From NCBI GenBank assembly GCA_013239625.1, contig MU056000.1:1984001-2048000 (forward strand): a stretch of DNA of 64,000 nucleotides. The letters are read 5' to 3'. Numbering within the stretch: position 1 is the first letter of the stretch; each line of letters starts with the position of its first letter. The notes beneath the pieces were generated by a model. The model was not told the DNA's origin. It made no database searches and saw nothing but the letters and a program-made list of their open reading frames with translations. This document shows, piece after piece, positions 11,471 through 24,200 of this stretch. The stretch comes from Lama guanicoe (taxonomy: Eukaryota). The position numbers and the translations under genes were made by a program.

Positions 11471-13075
11471 TACTCCAATTTTTTAAAAAGCATAATCAAA
11501 TAAAAGTAATAAAATTGACATTTAAAGTCAATGCACGTGTGAAGCCACACCCGCAGGTGAGAGTGTGTGTCCCTGCCCCAGACCTGCAGCCCGGGTGCCT
11601 GGGGGGGGGTCCTGATCGCCAGGCTTTTCCCTACAGGCAGGGTGGTCGCTAAGGCTGTCGCTGTTGCCTTCGGGGCTCCCCCGACTCTGGTCCCAGATGC
11701 TGGCGGGGGTCCCGGGGCTCGGCCCGGGTGAATGCAGGATGGCGGGGCTGGACCAGGAGGCTCGCCCTGCGGACCCGCACAGCGCCCTCTGCCGGGCCTC
11801 CCGCCGGGGCGGCCTCCTGTCTCCGCACCAGTGTCCTGTCAGGCTTCACTGGAAACCGAAGATCAAAGCTCACTTACACTATGAGCGAACAGGTCTCTCA
11901 AGTCCAGGAGCCTCTGTTTATTATTTCAAGAAAACGGAGCTAATTTCTTGAAAGCCAGGGGGCCAGGTGCCGCCTCCCTTCCCGGGATGAGCCGTGCGGT
12001 TTTGTGCGACAGGCCGGCGCTTGTCCTTTGGAAACCGGAGTGTTGAGGGTGCAGCCACACTGATGTCTTTGTAAAGGTGATACATGCGGTCTGTCTGTCA
12101 GACAAATACCCCAACAAGTACAGTGTTTATCAAATTACCTTGAAACGCGCAGGTCGGAGGGCCCTCGCAGCCAGACGTGGGAAGACTCGCTTTGCCTCTT
12201 TCACACAGAAATCGCTTAATGATAGTTAATATCGCCCTGTAATCTCAGCAGCTCCCATTTAATTGCAACTTTTTGAAGTCTGTCTGCACCCCTGGAGGAC
12301 GGCGGATCCCTGTCTTAAGCACGATTCAGGTGGTCCCGGCTCCCAGGGAGGCAGGGACAGAGGAGCTCGGTCACCTGCGGGAGCGCTCCAGTCCATCCTG
12401 GTCCGGGGCCCTGCCCACTCTCCCCAGCGCGGGGGAGACCGCACCTTGGGGAAGGCCTCGAAAGGGGCATGGGGCTGCTGCACCCCCAGAAAGGATTTTT
12501 CTTTTTAAACCAAAATCTCAGCTTTCGGGAAAAAAAACAAAACACGAAAGTCAGCACGGGCTTGCTTGGAAATGCCAGTGCGATGCTCTGAACGCCTCCA
12601 GGCCCTGCCCTGTGGGAGGGCCGGCTGTAAGGCGAGCGCCGGCTGGCCTGTCCCGGGGGGTTCAGATGTTTCCTTTAACTAGAAGGGTCATCCTGGGAGG
12701 CAGCGAGCCCTTCTCCCCGCGCTGACCTCACCTCTGTCCCTAGGACGGAGGGGCTGGGGCCGCACCCCGACTCACCCAGGCTGGGTGTCCCTCCTGGGCT
12801 GCGGACATCAACACGTGAAGAGAAACTCCTGATTTAAGCATTATTTCAGAACGTCTTCTCTATTTGATGACACAGAAGCAGACTTAATGGCACGTAATTA
12901 TTCAAAATACATGGATAAGGGTTGAACTGAACTTTTCCAACCAAACCCATAAAACCACCTACCGATTAAGACTCACCTTTACAGCTGAGCCTTTCTCTAA
13001 ATTTCATAGATTGATTTCATATTCATTTTTCCATGTGGTTCAAATACACTGCAATGTGGGTCTATGAACATCTGT

Positions 13076-13300
13076 TGGGGTTAGCAGACACACACTACTG
13101 TACATAAAGCAGATATACAACAAGGACCCGCGGCAGAGCACAGGGAGCTACATTCAGTTTCTTATAATAACGTATCATGGAAAAGAACCTGAAAAGAAAA
13201 AGCATCTATGTATGTAGATGTATAACTGGATCACTTTGCTGTGCACCTGAGACTAACGTAAATCAACTGCACTTCAATAAAAGATAAAATTAAAAAAGAA
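13076..13300 (+). mobile_element. L1 3' UTR end (cetartiodactyl type)
   Basis: AACAAGGACC..AGCACAGGGAGCTACATTCAGT..ATCACTTTGCTGTGCACCTGA..CTTCAATAAAA followed by an A-rich tail. Confidence 0.88.
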
Positions 13301-15997
13301 AGAATACCGAAGTATTTGGGTAACGCTGGAGGCCATTTGGCCTGTGAGAGCCGTGGGAGACTGTGGACCAGAAACCGGCAGACACAGTTTTAAGCACAGA
13401 CATGAAGGCATGATGTCTGGGCTTATGACAGAAGCCTTAATGTGTTGAGTATTTTACTTGCTTTTTGAAGCAAAACGGTATGTAATTTTTTAAAGTGTGA
13501 ACATAGGTTTTCTCAGAAGACACATGGCTTAGGGGGTCCACTGTTTTGGGATTTACCTTAATTAAAATTATTTATGTGAGCTCCGTAATTTCCATTTTTT
13601 GGTCTTTTGTTTACTTCTCTTCGGCATCACGGGTGAATCCTTTCTCATGACCCCTCAGCTGGATGTAGGGAGCCACTCACACACGTCGAGTGACACTGAT
13701 TCTCATTCGCAGGCCTTGGGCCTTTCTCTTGTGCTGCCTGCCTTTAGGAGGGGCGGGATCCACCTTTTTGTTCTGCTGAGCTATCTAGCTCAGCACGTGG
13801 GACAGAACAGGAGGGCCTGGCGGGCCGTTTTAACTCTTGATCATCAGGCCTGGAGGCCGCCTCCTTCCCCCAGGCATCCTCCGCATCGGATGGGAGGAAG
13901 CATGAGCGTCTCTGGCTGTACCGTGTCGCCATCTCTCATTCCTCCACTTCTTATCACAAAATTGACACCACGCCCGGCTGGAGTATCACACCCCCGAATT
14001 CTCGGTTGCTCCGGGTAGGCGAACGGCCACCTTGCAGACATCTCAAAGGAGGAACACACACACGAACTGATTAAGTAAGCCAGTGTTTGCTGCACACGAG
14101 CAGGGCCCGCAGAGGAGGAGCGGGTGTACCTGTGAAGCCTCCCGGGGTGGAGTCGGGCGTTAATTACACCCCTGCTACGGGCTGATCTGTGTCTTGTTGC
14201 CTTTTGTCTTGGGGATGACTGCCTGGACTTCAAAGGATGCTTTAAATTTGAATCTCTGCTCCATGGCAAAAGCCAGTGTGAAAAGGCTGGGATTACAGTA
14301 AAAGTTCTGCAGTTAAATGCCTGAGCTCGTTTTCGCACAAACTTCACAACAGTCAATGCCATACATAAACCTCTCAGTGTTTTCAAGACAAACCTCTTTT
14401 AGAGCTTAGCCTGGGAAACCCACACACGTTACTTAAAGACTAGCACACCCTGGTCTTTATTCCCGCACCCTAAAAGCCTCAAGCGGCCTCGGTTCCCCTG
14501 ATCCTGACGAGGTGTCGCTTCTGAAAGACAAAGTCGGGTAGGCTGGAGTCCGCGGTGCCCGTGGACCTCCGCGGTTACTGACTGGCGTTCCGTCCAGATG
14601 CACACACCGGCCCACACCCTCCCGAATCAGGTGGGGGTGTTTACCAACTTTTGCACAGTTTTTTAGCCTCTCTGGGTGGTACGTGGCAACGAGATGGCAG
14701 CGGGTGATGAAGGTGCTGGTGACTCCTGTATTAGCACAACCTGTCCCATCAGACACAACCTGCTGGGTCCTGTCACTGCTTACCAGCCGCTGCACCCCAG
14801 CGCGCCTGCTGCCCCTGCGAGCAGCTTTGTGCGTTCAGAGGACCAGTTCCTATTTTTTCATGGTGAGGATGCTAATTCCACCCTCCCCCTTCCCCATGTC
14901 CATTCCTCTCTGACACCCACCTTCACAGTCACTTCCTAAGACAGTCCCTTTGCCGATGTCGCTAGCAGGACCCCGTCTCTTGCACAGCGTCACGTCACAG
15001 CAGGCCCCGCGGGTATTTTGTAGATTTACCAGCACCTGCTTTTCCTGACACAAGGTCTTTAGAACTGTATTTATGTTTTGTTTTGCTGCGCCGTGTGTGC
15101 GTGTGTGTGTGCACACATGCATCACCAAGGCGACCACCCTGATGTTCCCAAGGGCTTTTGTTAAATGCTTGTTACTGTGTCCACTTGGTTTCCTTAAGGA
15201 GGAAGCTAAAGAATTCCTTGTTCTTAAGCATGATTTCCTCACACTTCCTTTCTGGAGGAATCGCGGGGAGCCGGGGGGGCTGGGAGGGAAGCGTTTGCGT
15301 CCCGCTCGGCCATTGTCCTTCTGGAGAGCCGTCCTGCTGCCTCTACGATCACTCACGAGTCTCCCCGACGCGTCGCGCCTCCCCGGGCTGGCTCTCCCTC
15401 CCGTCCAGCCGCACAAAGGGCTGCTCCCCGGCCGGGGCTCCGAGACGGCCGCTCTCAGCTGCTCCTGTCCCCAGTAATTAGCCTGTGATGGCCGCGGCCT
15501 CTTGTGGCTTTGCCTGCGAGAGACATTTGACACAGCAGACATCAGAGGGGTTTTCAGGAGGCTCTTGTGGCGTCCGAATGGCTCTTAATTAACCGCTTAG
15601 GTCTCCTCCTTCAGTCCCCTGCTTGGCACTTTCCAAATGGTAGGGGTTGCACCGCGGATCTAAACTCCGGGGGAAGCGTGCTATCAAAAGATGTTGTAAA
15701 TGAAGGCTTGTGTAAATTATTTTTAATGATCCCCTCCTGGCACATCATTATGTTTGTAGCTACACACAGGCACTTCAGAGAGGGCTCTCCTTCCGCGAGG
15801 TCAGCTCCAGGACCACCGCGACTGGCTGCAGTCAGGAAATGGCTTATTAATTAGCGCCGTGATTTTACACCGCTAAGAGCTCTGATGTATGGAGCTGGAA
15901 TTGCAATTGTGTAGACTCGAAATAATAAGCCATCTCCGGGCTCCTTATGCAAATTGGCATATTATAAAATCATTACCTATCTAAACACCGAGTTTTA

Positions 15998-16129
15998 NNN
16001 NNNNNNNNNNNNNNNNNNNNNNNNNNNNNNNNNNNNNNNNNNNNNNNNNNNNNNNNNNNNNNNNNNNNNNNNNNNNNNNNNNNNNNNNNNNNNNNNNNNN
16101 NNNNNNNNNNNNNNNNNNNNNNNNNNNNN
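15998..16129. other. N-run, 132 bp
   Basis: Seen directly. Confidence 0.98.
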
Positions 16130-16510
16130 CTATTCGGTGCTTCTGGTTCAAATCAGGTTATTCTCTTTGGTCACAGGAAATAGGCCTTCTTAGCAATAGG
16201 TATGTGACATTATGGAACGCTTGTACAGAGAGATGTTTAACCATCACTTTTTTATGAGTATGATTTTGATTACAATAGAGCGTCAACCATGAGACAAGAA
16301 ATGCTAAGTTGCATTGGAAGTGGCTTCTATTATATGAGTGACACGGCGAAGAAGTAAAATCAGGGAAAAACATTACATCTTTATAAAAGCTCATGGATTT
16401 GGGGTGGGGATTGAATTTTTAAATAATTATGGTTTTGGAAGCAAAACATTTTCTAAAACCTACACGATGCAATTTAATTCTAATACATTGATTTAAAATC
16501 GCCCATATTA

Positions 16511-16547
16511 TGATTTATGTATGACGTCATACAATAAATGGCTGTCA
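16511..16547. promoter_or_regulatory. Composite site: Pbx-Hox TGATTTAT, full CRE (ATGACGTCAT), CAATAAA and Meis CTGTCA
   Basis: TGATTTATGTATGACGTCATACAATAAATGGCTGTCA, containing a 16-bp perfect palindrome at 16518-16533. Confidence 0.5.
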
Positions 16548-18179
16548 TTCTTGTCTCTAAAGCCAACCCTATCAGGCAAGAGAGGAAAAGCTTTCCTTTT
16601 ATTTGATGTGGAGCAAACCGGTGGGCGAGCGATCACTCTCCCACGTGAAGTACCGCCCACAGGAACGGCCGCACGCTTGCCACGACCCCCACGCGTGGTC
16701 TGAAGAGAATTATGGTGCCGCTTTCTTGACGAGGGGCACAGCGGGAGCGTGGAAGGAGTGTTTCCTGCCTTTATGACGTTGAATTGAGGGCACAGAAACC
16801 TGGCGTGTGCCCTAATATTAGACGGCGTGAGCTGATAAAAGGATGACTGGGTTTAAAACATAAAGTGAAGCAGTTTTTAGAAAAGCAGTGTCACATCTTT
16901 TGGGGAATGAAGGACGTGCAAGTGGATCGTGATGATTTGATGAGTTCGTTGCAGAATAAGTAGGACTATTGAAACGGCTGCTTTCCCGTTAATCCCCCGG
17001 GGACGCCGAAGGATCTGGCGGGGACTGAACTCCCCCAGTTCCGCCTCCAGCCACTGGAGCCAGACTGTGCGGGGTGACCTGGAACCTAGCCCAGGTGAGG
17101 CGGGGGGCCCTGGGGGCCCTTGGTGAGCGACGGTGACACCCACAGAGGACTCGGCGGGTGTCCAGAGCTGGGCCGGAGCGCCCCCCGCTGGGGTCCCGCT
17201 CAGCGAGGCTGGGGTTTCTCCACCGCTCCCCCCGGACCCGGCCTCCCCACCAGCCGCGGCGCAGCGTGTGGCGGGCCCATCCCCAGAGCCCTCCTCCGTG
17301 AACCGCCATGGCGCCTGCCCGAGTCGCCTGATCGATAGCTAGTCTGCACGGTCACCAGCCCAGGTGCGTTTCCCAGCTCCTCCTCCAAACAAGCATCTGC
17401 AGCAGGTGCAGGGACCCCAGACACAGGCCCCTCACTCACCACGGCTCCGCCCCCTCCACGCAGCCTGGACCAGGTGGTGCTCCCTGCCCTTGGCAACTTG
17501 GCCCACAGTCAGGTTCTGGTGTTGGGGTCCCCGCCGTGTGCACTTGCCCATCTGACTCTTCACACAGCTTCCTGGACGTCCTCAGCCTGCACACCCAACC
17601 CCACCTGCCGTTTCCCGGCACTCCGACCTTCGACCTGGCCGTGCACCAGTTTCACTGAGCCACGGTGACCCTGTCTTCGTGGGTCTGAAATTCTGTACAT
17701 TTACTTGTAACAAATCCTCAGCAAGAGGCAGCCAGCCTTCCCCTGAGAGCTCTGCCCTACGTGTTCCAGAAGCTCCTGCTGCAGGCTGGGGCTCTACGCA
17801 GGGAGACCGAGCCACGTGTGGCCGACTTCCCCTCCCTGCTCCTACTTCTTAGCTAGACGGCTTCTGAGCGCGTGGCTGGCCCTGGTGTGGGGGACTCTCT
17901 GAGCTGCTCTTCCGCACTCAGCCCTGGTTTACAGCGGGATGTCTGTGGACGGCCTGTTATGGGTCCAGAGCCAATGCTGGGGTGCAATGTCCTGAGAGGC
18001 ATATGCCCCCTCTCCTCGGCTTCCCCAGTCTCTAGTGGTTAATTTTAGAAGATAACCACTTTTAAAACAAAATCGATTAGATGTGTTCTGTGGAAGAAAT
18101 GAAGTACTTGACTAATCGTGGTGTAAGCCAAGCAGATGCCACTGTCAACAGAAGGATGGAGGCCAGGACAGCCAGCCCT

Positions 18180-18330
18180 GTCCATCTCCACCTCCATCTC
18201 CTCCTCCATCAGGACCACTCCCTGGCGTTCTCAGCACCCAGCATCGTCCACCTCCATCTCCACCTCTACCTCCACCTCCATCTCCTCCTCCATCTCCTTC
18301 ATCAGGACCACCTCAGCTCCTCATCTTCAC
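18180..18330. repeat. Degenerate (CTCCAY)n hexamer repeat with duplicated CATCAGGACCAC
   Basis: Seen directly; it produces the HLHLHL/STSIS low-complexity ORFs. Confidence 0.8.
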
Positions 18331-18383
18331 CCCTGCAGCCGAGTGTGCGCAGTGCTGGTGGACTCTCGAGCCTGTGACCCACC

Positions 18384-18805
18384 TGCATGAGTGTCCCCAG
18401 GCTGCTGTAATAAAGCACACAGACTGGGCGGCTTACCCTGTAGAAACTTATTCTCCCACAGCTCTGAGTCCAGAATCCTGAAATCAAGGTGTGGGCAGGG
18501 CCGCGCTCCCTCTGAGGACTCCAGGGAGGGTCCTTTGCCCCTTCCAGCTGCTGGCGGTTGCCGTGATCCTGGGGCTCCTGGGCTTGCGGACGCCTCACTC
18601 CAGGCTCTGTCTCCATCCTCACCTGGTGATGCCCCCTGTGTCTGCGCCCAAACACCTCTCTTACAAGGACACGGGTCATTGGATTCTGACCCATTCTCAC
18701 TCAGCTGAGCTGAGCACGTCTGCCCAGACCCTCCTTCCAAACAGGGTCACATCCCGAGCTTCCGGGTGGGCTCGAGCTTGGAGGGAACCCGTTCAACTGG
18801 CTACC
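18384..18805 (-). mobile_element. MaLR solo LTR (MLT1B/C-like)
   Basis: GGCTGCTGTAATAAAG..CTGGGCGGCTTA..AGAAACTTATTCTCCCACAGCTCTG..AAATCAAGGTGT..TTACAAGGACAC..TTCCAAACAGGGTCACAT. Confidence 0.85.
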
Positions 18806-19017
18806 CCATCCCACCCAAGGAAGCAGGAGGAGGGCGGGGCCTCCAGCCAGCCACCCCTGCCCTGTCCTTCTGGGAGGAGGACAGAGGCCTTCGCACCAGC
18901 CACCCAGCACGTCCATCCACACGGGCTTAATTTCTTTCCCTTGCTGACTGAATCAGGTTCGTGGGATGAGGTGCTCTTTGTGCAGTGTCCCCCAGACCCC
19001 AGAGGGAGACGGTGCTG

Positions 19018-19420
19018 GTGCTAGTCGGGGGCTCCCGGTAGGAGACACACATACATAAACAGGAATAAAATGTCTGTTACGTCACATTAACCTCCGACTG
19101 TGAGGGGCTGGCTGCCGTGACTGTGAAAGCTCTCACGATCTGCCACTCAGGTGCGGGCCCGGCGAGCCAGCGGTGTAGCCCCTGCGCAAAGCCGGGCAGA
19201 AGAAAAGAGTAACTTCCCTATTCTCCACCTTTTGTTCTATCCAGGCTCCCAGCGGGTCGGAAGATGCCGCCTGCTTTGGGGAGGGCCGCCCGCTTTATGC
19301 GCTCTGCCCATTCGAGTGCCGGTCTCCCCCGGAAGCACCTCCCAGACCCCCAGAATGGCATTTAGCCAAACATCGGGCCCAGGGCTCCAGCCCAGCGGGC
19401 TCGCTCACGGTCTCATTTCC
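19018..19420 (-). mobile_element. ERVL solo LTR (MLT2-like)
   Basis: CACGATCTGCC..CTCCACCTTTTGTTCTATCCAGGC..GGGGAGGGC..GCTTTA..TTTAGCCAAACATC follows the MLT2 landmarks in order. Confidence 0.7.
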
Positions 19421-19439
19421 CCCTCCACGCCCCTGGCAC

Positions 19440-19850
19440 GCACCGCGGTCCACGCTGGCCCGTCTCTCACCTGGGCGACGGCCCAGGCCTGCAGGCCCTC
19501 CACCCTCCACGAGGGCCCCGTCTGCAGTCATGCGACCAGCACGTTGAGCCAAGCCACCCCGAAACACTTTCCATAAAGAGCCGACGCCTCGGTGAGTGGC
19601 CTCCCGAGGCCCTGGCTGGACCCGCACCTTCCCCGGCAGCCTGTGGTTCAAGGTTCTTCAGTGATGCTGTTTACTGTTTCTGTATCCTCCACCTGGGAGG
19701 CTGTGTCCTCCACGTCCACCCTCTCCTCCTCTGCTCCCTCTCCAGATCCCAGCTACGCTGTTGTTCCTCTGTCGCAAAGCCGCCCCCCCATTTCCCAGAC
19801 CCCGACCCCTCCTTAGTAAACACTTTGATCACAGCTGCAATTCACAGCCA
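19440..19850 (+). mobile_element. LINE-2 fragment, GC-eroded
   Basis: TCTCTCACCTGG..; CCTCCACCTGGGAGGCTG..CAGATCCCAGCT resemble the L2 3' region. Confidence 0.45.
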
Positions 19851-21020
19851 CATGTGCCTCTCAAAGTCACGCAGGGGCACGGAGGCTGCCTTCAGCAGCT
19901 CCGACGCTCCCAGAGGCAGAAGCCATGTTTCACCCCCTCATCACGGTGGCCTTGGTTCTCAGTTCAACTCGCGGGTCACGGTAATTCCTTATCTGGTGAA
20001 CAAACAGACGCCAGTACACCCTGAAAATGCTTCTCCTGGGATTCAGCCACCTCGAAACACGAGCTGCCCCGTCACGCCTCCTCTCTTTGCCTGCCTTCAC
20101 AGCCCTGTCTGCTTTCCAAGGAGAGTGACGTTGAGCTGTGAGGTGTCGTTGATACCTTTTCACGCACGTTGCGTATTATATTTTTATTTCAGGAAGGGCC
20201 AGCCACCAGATTATTTTGACAAGTGTCACTTGGGGGAGGAAGGACAGAGCATGGCTATTCTTTACAAACGCAGACAGGTAACTTTCTTCCTCCTGGTCTA
20301 GAGCTGACCTTTGGCAAGGGAGTCCTGCTACACCAAAACCAGATCATCGACGTCATCTTTTTTCAGATATTTTGCGCCTTTACGTCCATCCCACAGGCAT
20401 CTCGTGACGGCCTCCCGGGCACTGTCGGCACCTTGCTCTGCTCACCCCGTGTTCTGGGTTTGCGTGAGGCGCGTCCGAGACGCCAGCCCCGTCAGCCAAG
20501 TCCCAGCCACTCGAGGATACCAGCGCACAGCAGCCTGCTGCTCTCCTGGGGCGGCTGGAGCCAGACCCAGGACCCACAGGCCGACATCTCCCGCCATGCG
20601 TCGTCTGCTCAACCCTCGGGGTGCTGTGGTGCGCAGAGAAAACCTCTGTGTAAGTCCTCGGCCGGCTGCCCACGTGCCCCACTGAAGAGGTCACCTGGCT
20701 TCTTCTGGCTTTTCCTGCGGCCCCGGCCGCCCCAGCCAAGCATAGCACGAGCTGGCGTCCCCGAAGCATCCCCGCTCCTCCCCGTTCTAGCAGGTGCGGG
20801 TCCGAGACCATCCCGGCCGCGGCAACTGTGAGAGAGCCCGAGCTCGCCGTGTCTCCGCTGAAGGGGGCTGCTAAGTTCTGTGTCACGAGGGGGAGCCCCG
20901 CGGGGATGCTTTCTGCCTGGCAGCACACCCTGCGTGGTCCAGGGCACACGCGGCGGCGGCCCGGGCTCCACCCGACATCACACTTTCCTCAGGGACGTGC
21001 ACCGAGACGACTGTGAGAGT

Positions 21021-21213
21021 TTTCTTTTTTTTTTTTTCATTAAAAACTTTCCGTTGTGTTTTCCTGAGGCGCGGTCAGTCACGGCATTGTGCCAGCTTCC
21101 GGTGCACAGCGTCGTGGCTCGGTCATCCACGTGCACACGTGGATTTCTCTCCATGTTCTCTTCCTTGTAAGTCACCACAAGACATTGAATATAGCTCCCT
21201 GTGCTACACAGTA
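21021..21213 (-). mobile_element. L1 3' UTR end, antisense, strongly GC-shifted
   Basis: A poly-T tract, then GGTGCACAGC..ACAAGACATTGAATATAGCTCCCTGTGCTACACAGTA, the reverse complement of the L1 motif at 51081. Confidence 0.85.
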
Positions 21214-24200
21214 TTGCAAGCAATTTTTGAGTTCACTATTTTTAGTCCCAGAATTAATTTTTAAATGAAGATCCCCCAAAATTGAAAAACCCTGGCACAT
21301 TGGCATGGGGGGGCACTCATCAGCGAGGACTCAGGCTCAGAGTTTCTGTCCCTCCGGGCAGAGCCCTCCTCCCTCCAAGCACCCTGAGCGAGTGGCCCCG
21401 GGGCCAAGGCGGCCCACCTGGCAGCGACTGTGCAGGTGGAAGGCACACGCCCTGTGACCCTGGGCTGGGCCAGCACCGGCGCGTGGAGGGCATGGGGCTC
21501 CTCCAGCTTCGGTGTGGACCCCTGGCCGAGGCCAGGCTCACCTCCAGCTGCATCCTGGGTGGTGCCCCTCAGGGCAGCGGCCGCCTGTTCCTCAAGCCGT
21601 CTCCTCCCTCCTCCCCTCACGAGCGGTTCAGGACTAAGTGACGAGGGGGGAGGGCAAGCTTGAGGCCCACCAGCCAGGCTCACTGACTTTCTACGTCTGC
21701 TTCCATCTGGCCCATCCCCTGGTCCCAACTCACTGGTACTGGGGCATCTCCCGGGGCAGGGGGTCCCTGCCTTGGTTCTCTGCCCTCTCGGGAGCTCGGC
21801 ATCCAGCAAAGGAATTCTTCTCCGAGGCACAAGGAGCAGAGGGGCCACCAGGTGTCCGAGGCCTCCTTGACCTCCTTGCCTGGGGGTCCAGAAGCCACAG
21901 GAAGGCAGCACTCCTTGTGTCCTGCCTCTGGCCTCTCCTGGCACCACCGAGGGTCTGTGCTTTTCTGTGAGACCCTCCCCTGCACGTCCGCACAGCCAGC
22001 CCTTTCTCTTTCTCCACCTCCTTGATGTCCCAGCCACCGGAGGAGCCACAGGGGTCCCCGATGACTGACCACCAGGCCTCTAGGCGGCCATAGTGCCCCA
22101 CCAAGGATGCAGCCTCCTGAGGAATCCACAGCTGTCCACCCGCATTCCCCTGCGGGCCGCACTCGCCCTGAAGTGTCCCTCCCCAGTTTGTGCCCAGGTC
22201 CCTGGGAGCCAGAGCAGCCCTCCCTCAGCCCTGCTGGCCCTCGGAGAGCAGCCCCGCCTGCCCCCGTCTCCCCGGTGCTCAGAGCGCCCAGGCAGGGCAG
22301 TGAGCGGGGCTCCTGAGTAAATGCGGCCCTGCAGACCCTCGTCCTTGCTCGCTGGCTGCACCCCAGCAGCAGAGAAACAGTGACAAATCCTGAAAGTGAT
22401 GCAGGGGACACAGGCCAGATCTCAGACCTAGCGCCCGCCATAACAAGGGCCCTGCTCGCCTCCTCTCCCGTTTGGGGGCTGTGGGTGCAGAGAGGGCCCC
22501 ACGTGGCACAAAGGACCACGGACGGCATCCTTTCCTAGAGCCGAGGCAGCCCCACTCCGAGCCACAGAGGCGGAAGGATTTGGAGTTGAGGAAAGCGGGG
22601 TGACTGAGGTCAGCGGTCAGGCACCAGAGCTGGGGGACACACTGAAGCCTGCAGCCGCTCCAGCCTGTTCTGCACGGAGGATGCCTTGTGCATGCCCGCC
22701 TCGCGCTCGGCTGGACGCCACAAGCTTCTTCTCTCCACGAGGATGGCAGGCGTGTGAGGATGCGTGCCGTCTCCACGGCTTCCCTCCCAGACACCCCCTC
22801 TCAGGCTCCCAGGGGGCTGGCTTCCAGGACTGGGTGCCAGGCTGGGAGGGGCTATCCGTGCTGCCACCTCCACGTCACACACCTGAGAACCTCGAGGGTG
22901 CAGAGGCCAGCGGGGTTCCTGACGGGTGGAGCTGGCGAGCAAGACATCGCTGCTGCGCCGCGGGGGCCCGACGGCAGAAAGCCTCCTCCAGACCCGGCCT
23001 GTGCTGCTGCCCCGCTCCGCTGCAGGAGCGCCACGACAGTGGCACGGACGGAGCCCGGCCGGAGCCCGGCCATCAGCCCAGGGAACGCGGGACGGCCTGG
23101 GGCATTCCAGAGGGAAACGGCCAATGCACCCTGGGACCCGGCACGGCTGCCAACACCGGCCACATGGCGGCCGGCTCCCGTGTTGGATCCCGGCGCAGAT
23201 CTTCACCAAAAATTCCAGTTCAAAGCGATGAGCCCTGAGACTGAGTCTTACATAAAGCGTTGTGTGTAGCTCTGTTTGATCAAACATACGTCCGAACTTT
23301 AATCTCTTTTCAAAGAAGAAAAGTACAATTTTATCATGTTTTAGATTACCGCCTCCATGCTCCAAATGAAATTTGGTGATCAGCCGGGGTAAATCAGAAA
23401 GAGGGTGAGCAAAGAATTTCACTTTACAAAAACTGAAGGGAGAAGAGAAAAGGTCTGAGTTTGATGGAAATTTTTCCAAATATTTACAAAATTTATTGAA
23501 TTTAAATAAATAAAAAATAAATTGTATGTATTGTTTAATTTACACATCAAATGACAAACTTGCTTTCAGGAAGTCTCGGGGCAGGTCACTGGAGGCACGG
23601 AGACTAAAAGTTAGGATGCCTGGTTTGCAGGGCTGCGCTCACCTCCACGCAGCAACCTTGAGTGTATGCACTTTGACGGCTGCTTTTGTTGTTAATGTTA
23701 CTTCCCACTACTTGCATATGCGGTGCTCTCCCTGTGTAACTCTTTTTTCCTGCTTACACCACGTGTTAAGGAACTCAAAAATCTTTGGGTCATTTTTGTG
23801 GAGGGATTGATCTTGCGAGAACTTTAAGATAGGAGTTTGAAATTCTGCACAGGCTCTGAAAAACTGCTCTGTATGATGCATTTTTTTTTAAACAAAAGAC
23901 TTGGAGACAGTTTTTTTCTCGGTCAGCTGGAAGATGCAAATTGTTCTCAGAGTCTGAGCGGAAGTAGAGGCTGTGGCTTTGGCTGCAGAACGACAGTGCC
24001 AGGCCCCCGGGACCCTGTGCTTTGAGCTTCTTCCCTGAGGACCCACGAGGACCACCTGTCAGAAGCTGATGACCCCGCACCTGCCAGTGGTCGCTGACGG
24101 CTTCCACCCTGTGACGTTTCTAGCACTCTTGTCCTCCGTGAGGGGGACAGAAAAGACTTCACTGGGGTTCTGGCAGAGGGTTCCAGACAGATGTCCTGCC

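Larger units (their letters stand above)
15470..16560. promoter_or_regulatory. Putative conserved non-coding element cluster 3
   Basis: TAATTA (15474), TTAATTAA (15585), TTAATTAG (15847), octamer-like ATGCAAAT (15947), a CRE palindrome (16518-16533) and one N-run. Confidence 0.55.

Noticed and set aside
16980-23210. CpG-island promoters at about 17.0-17.4 kb and 22.9-23.2 kb
   Set aside because: CpG is elevated across the whole window, including inside dead repeats, and I see no first exon or transcription-start evidence; regional GC bias explains it better.
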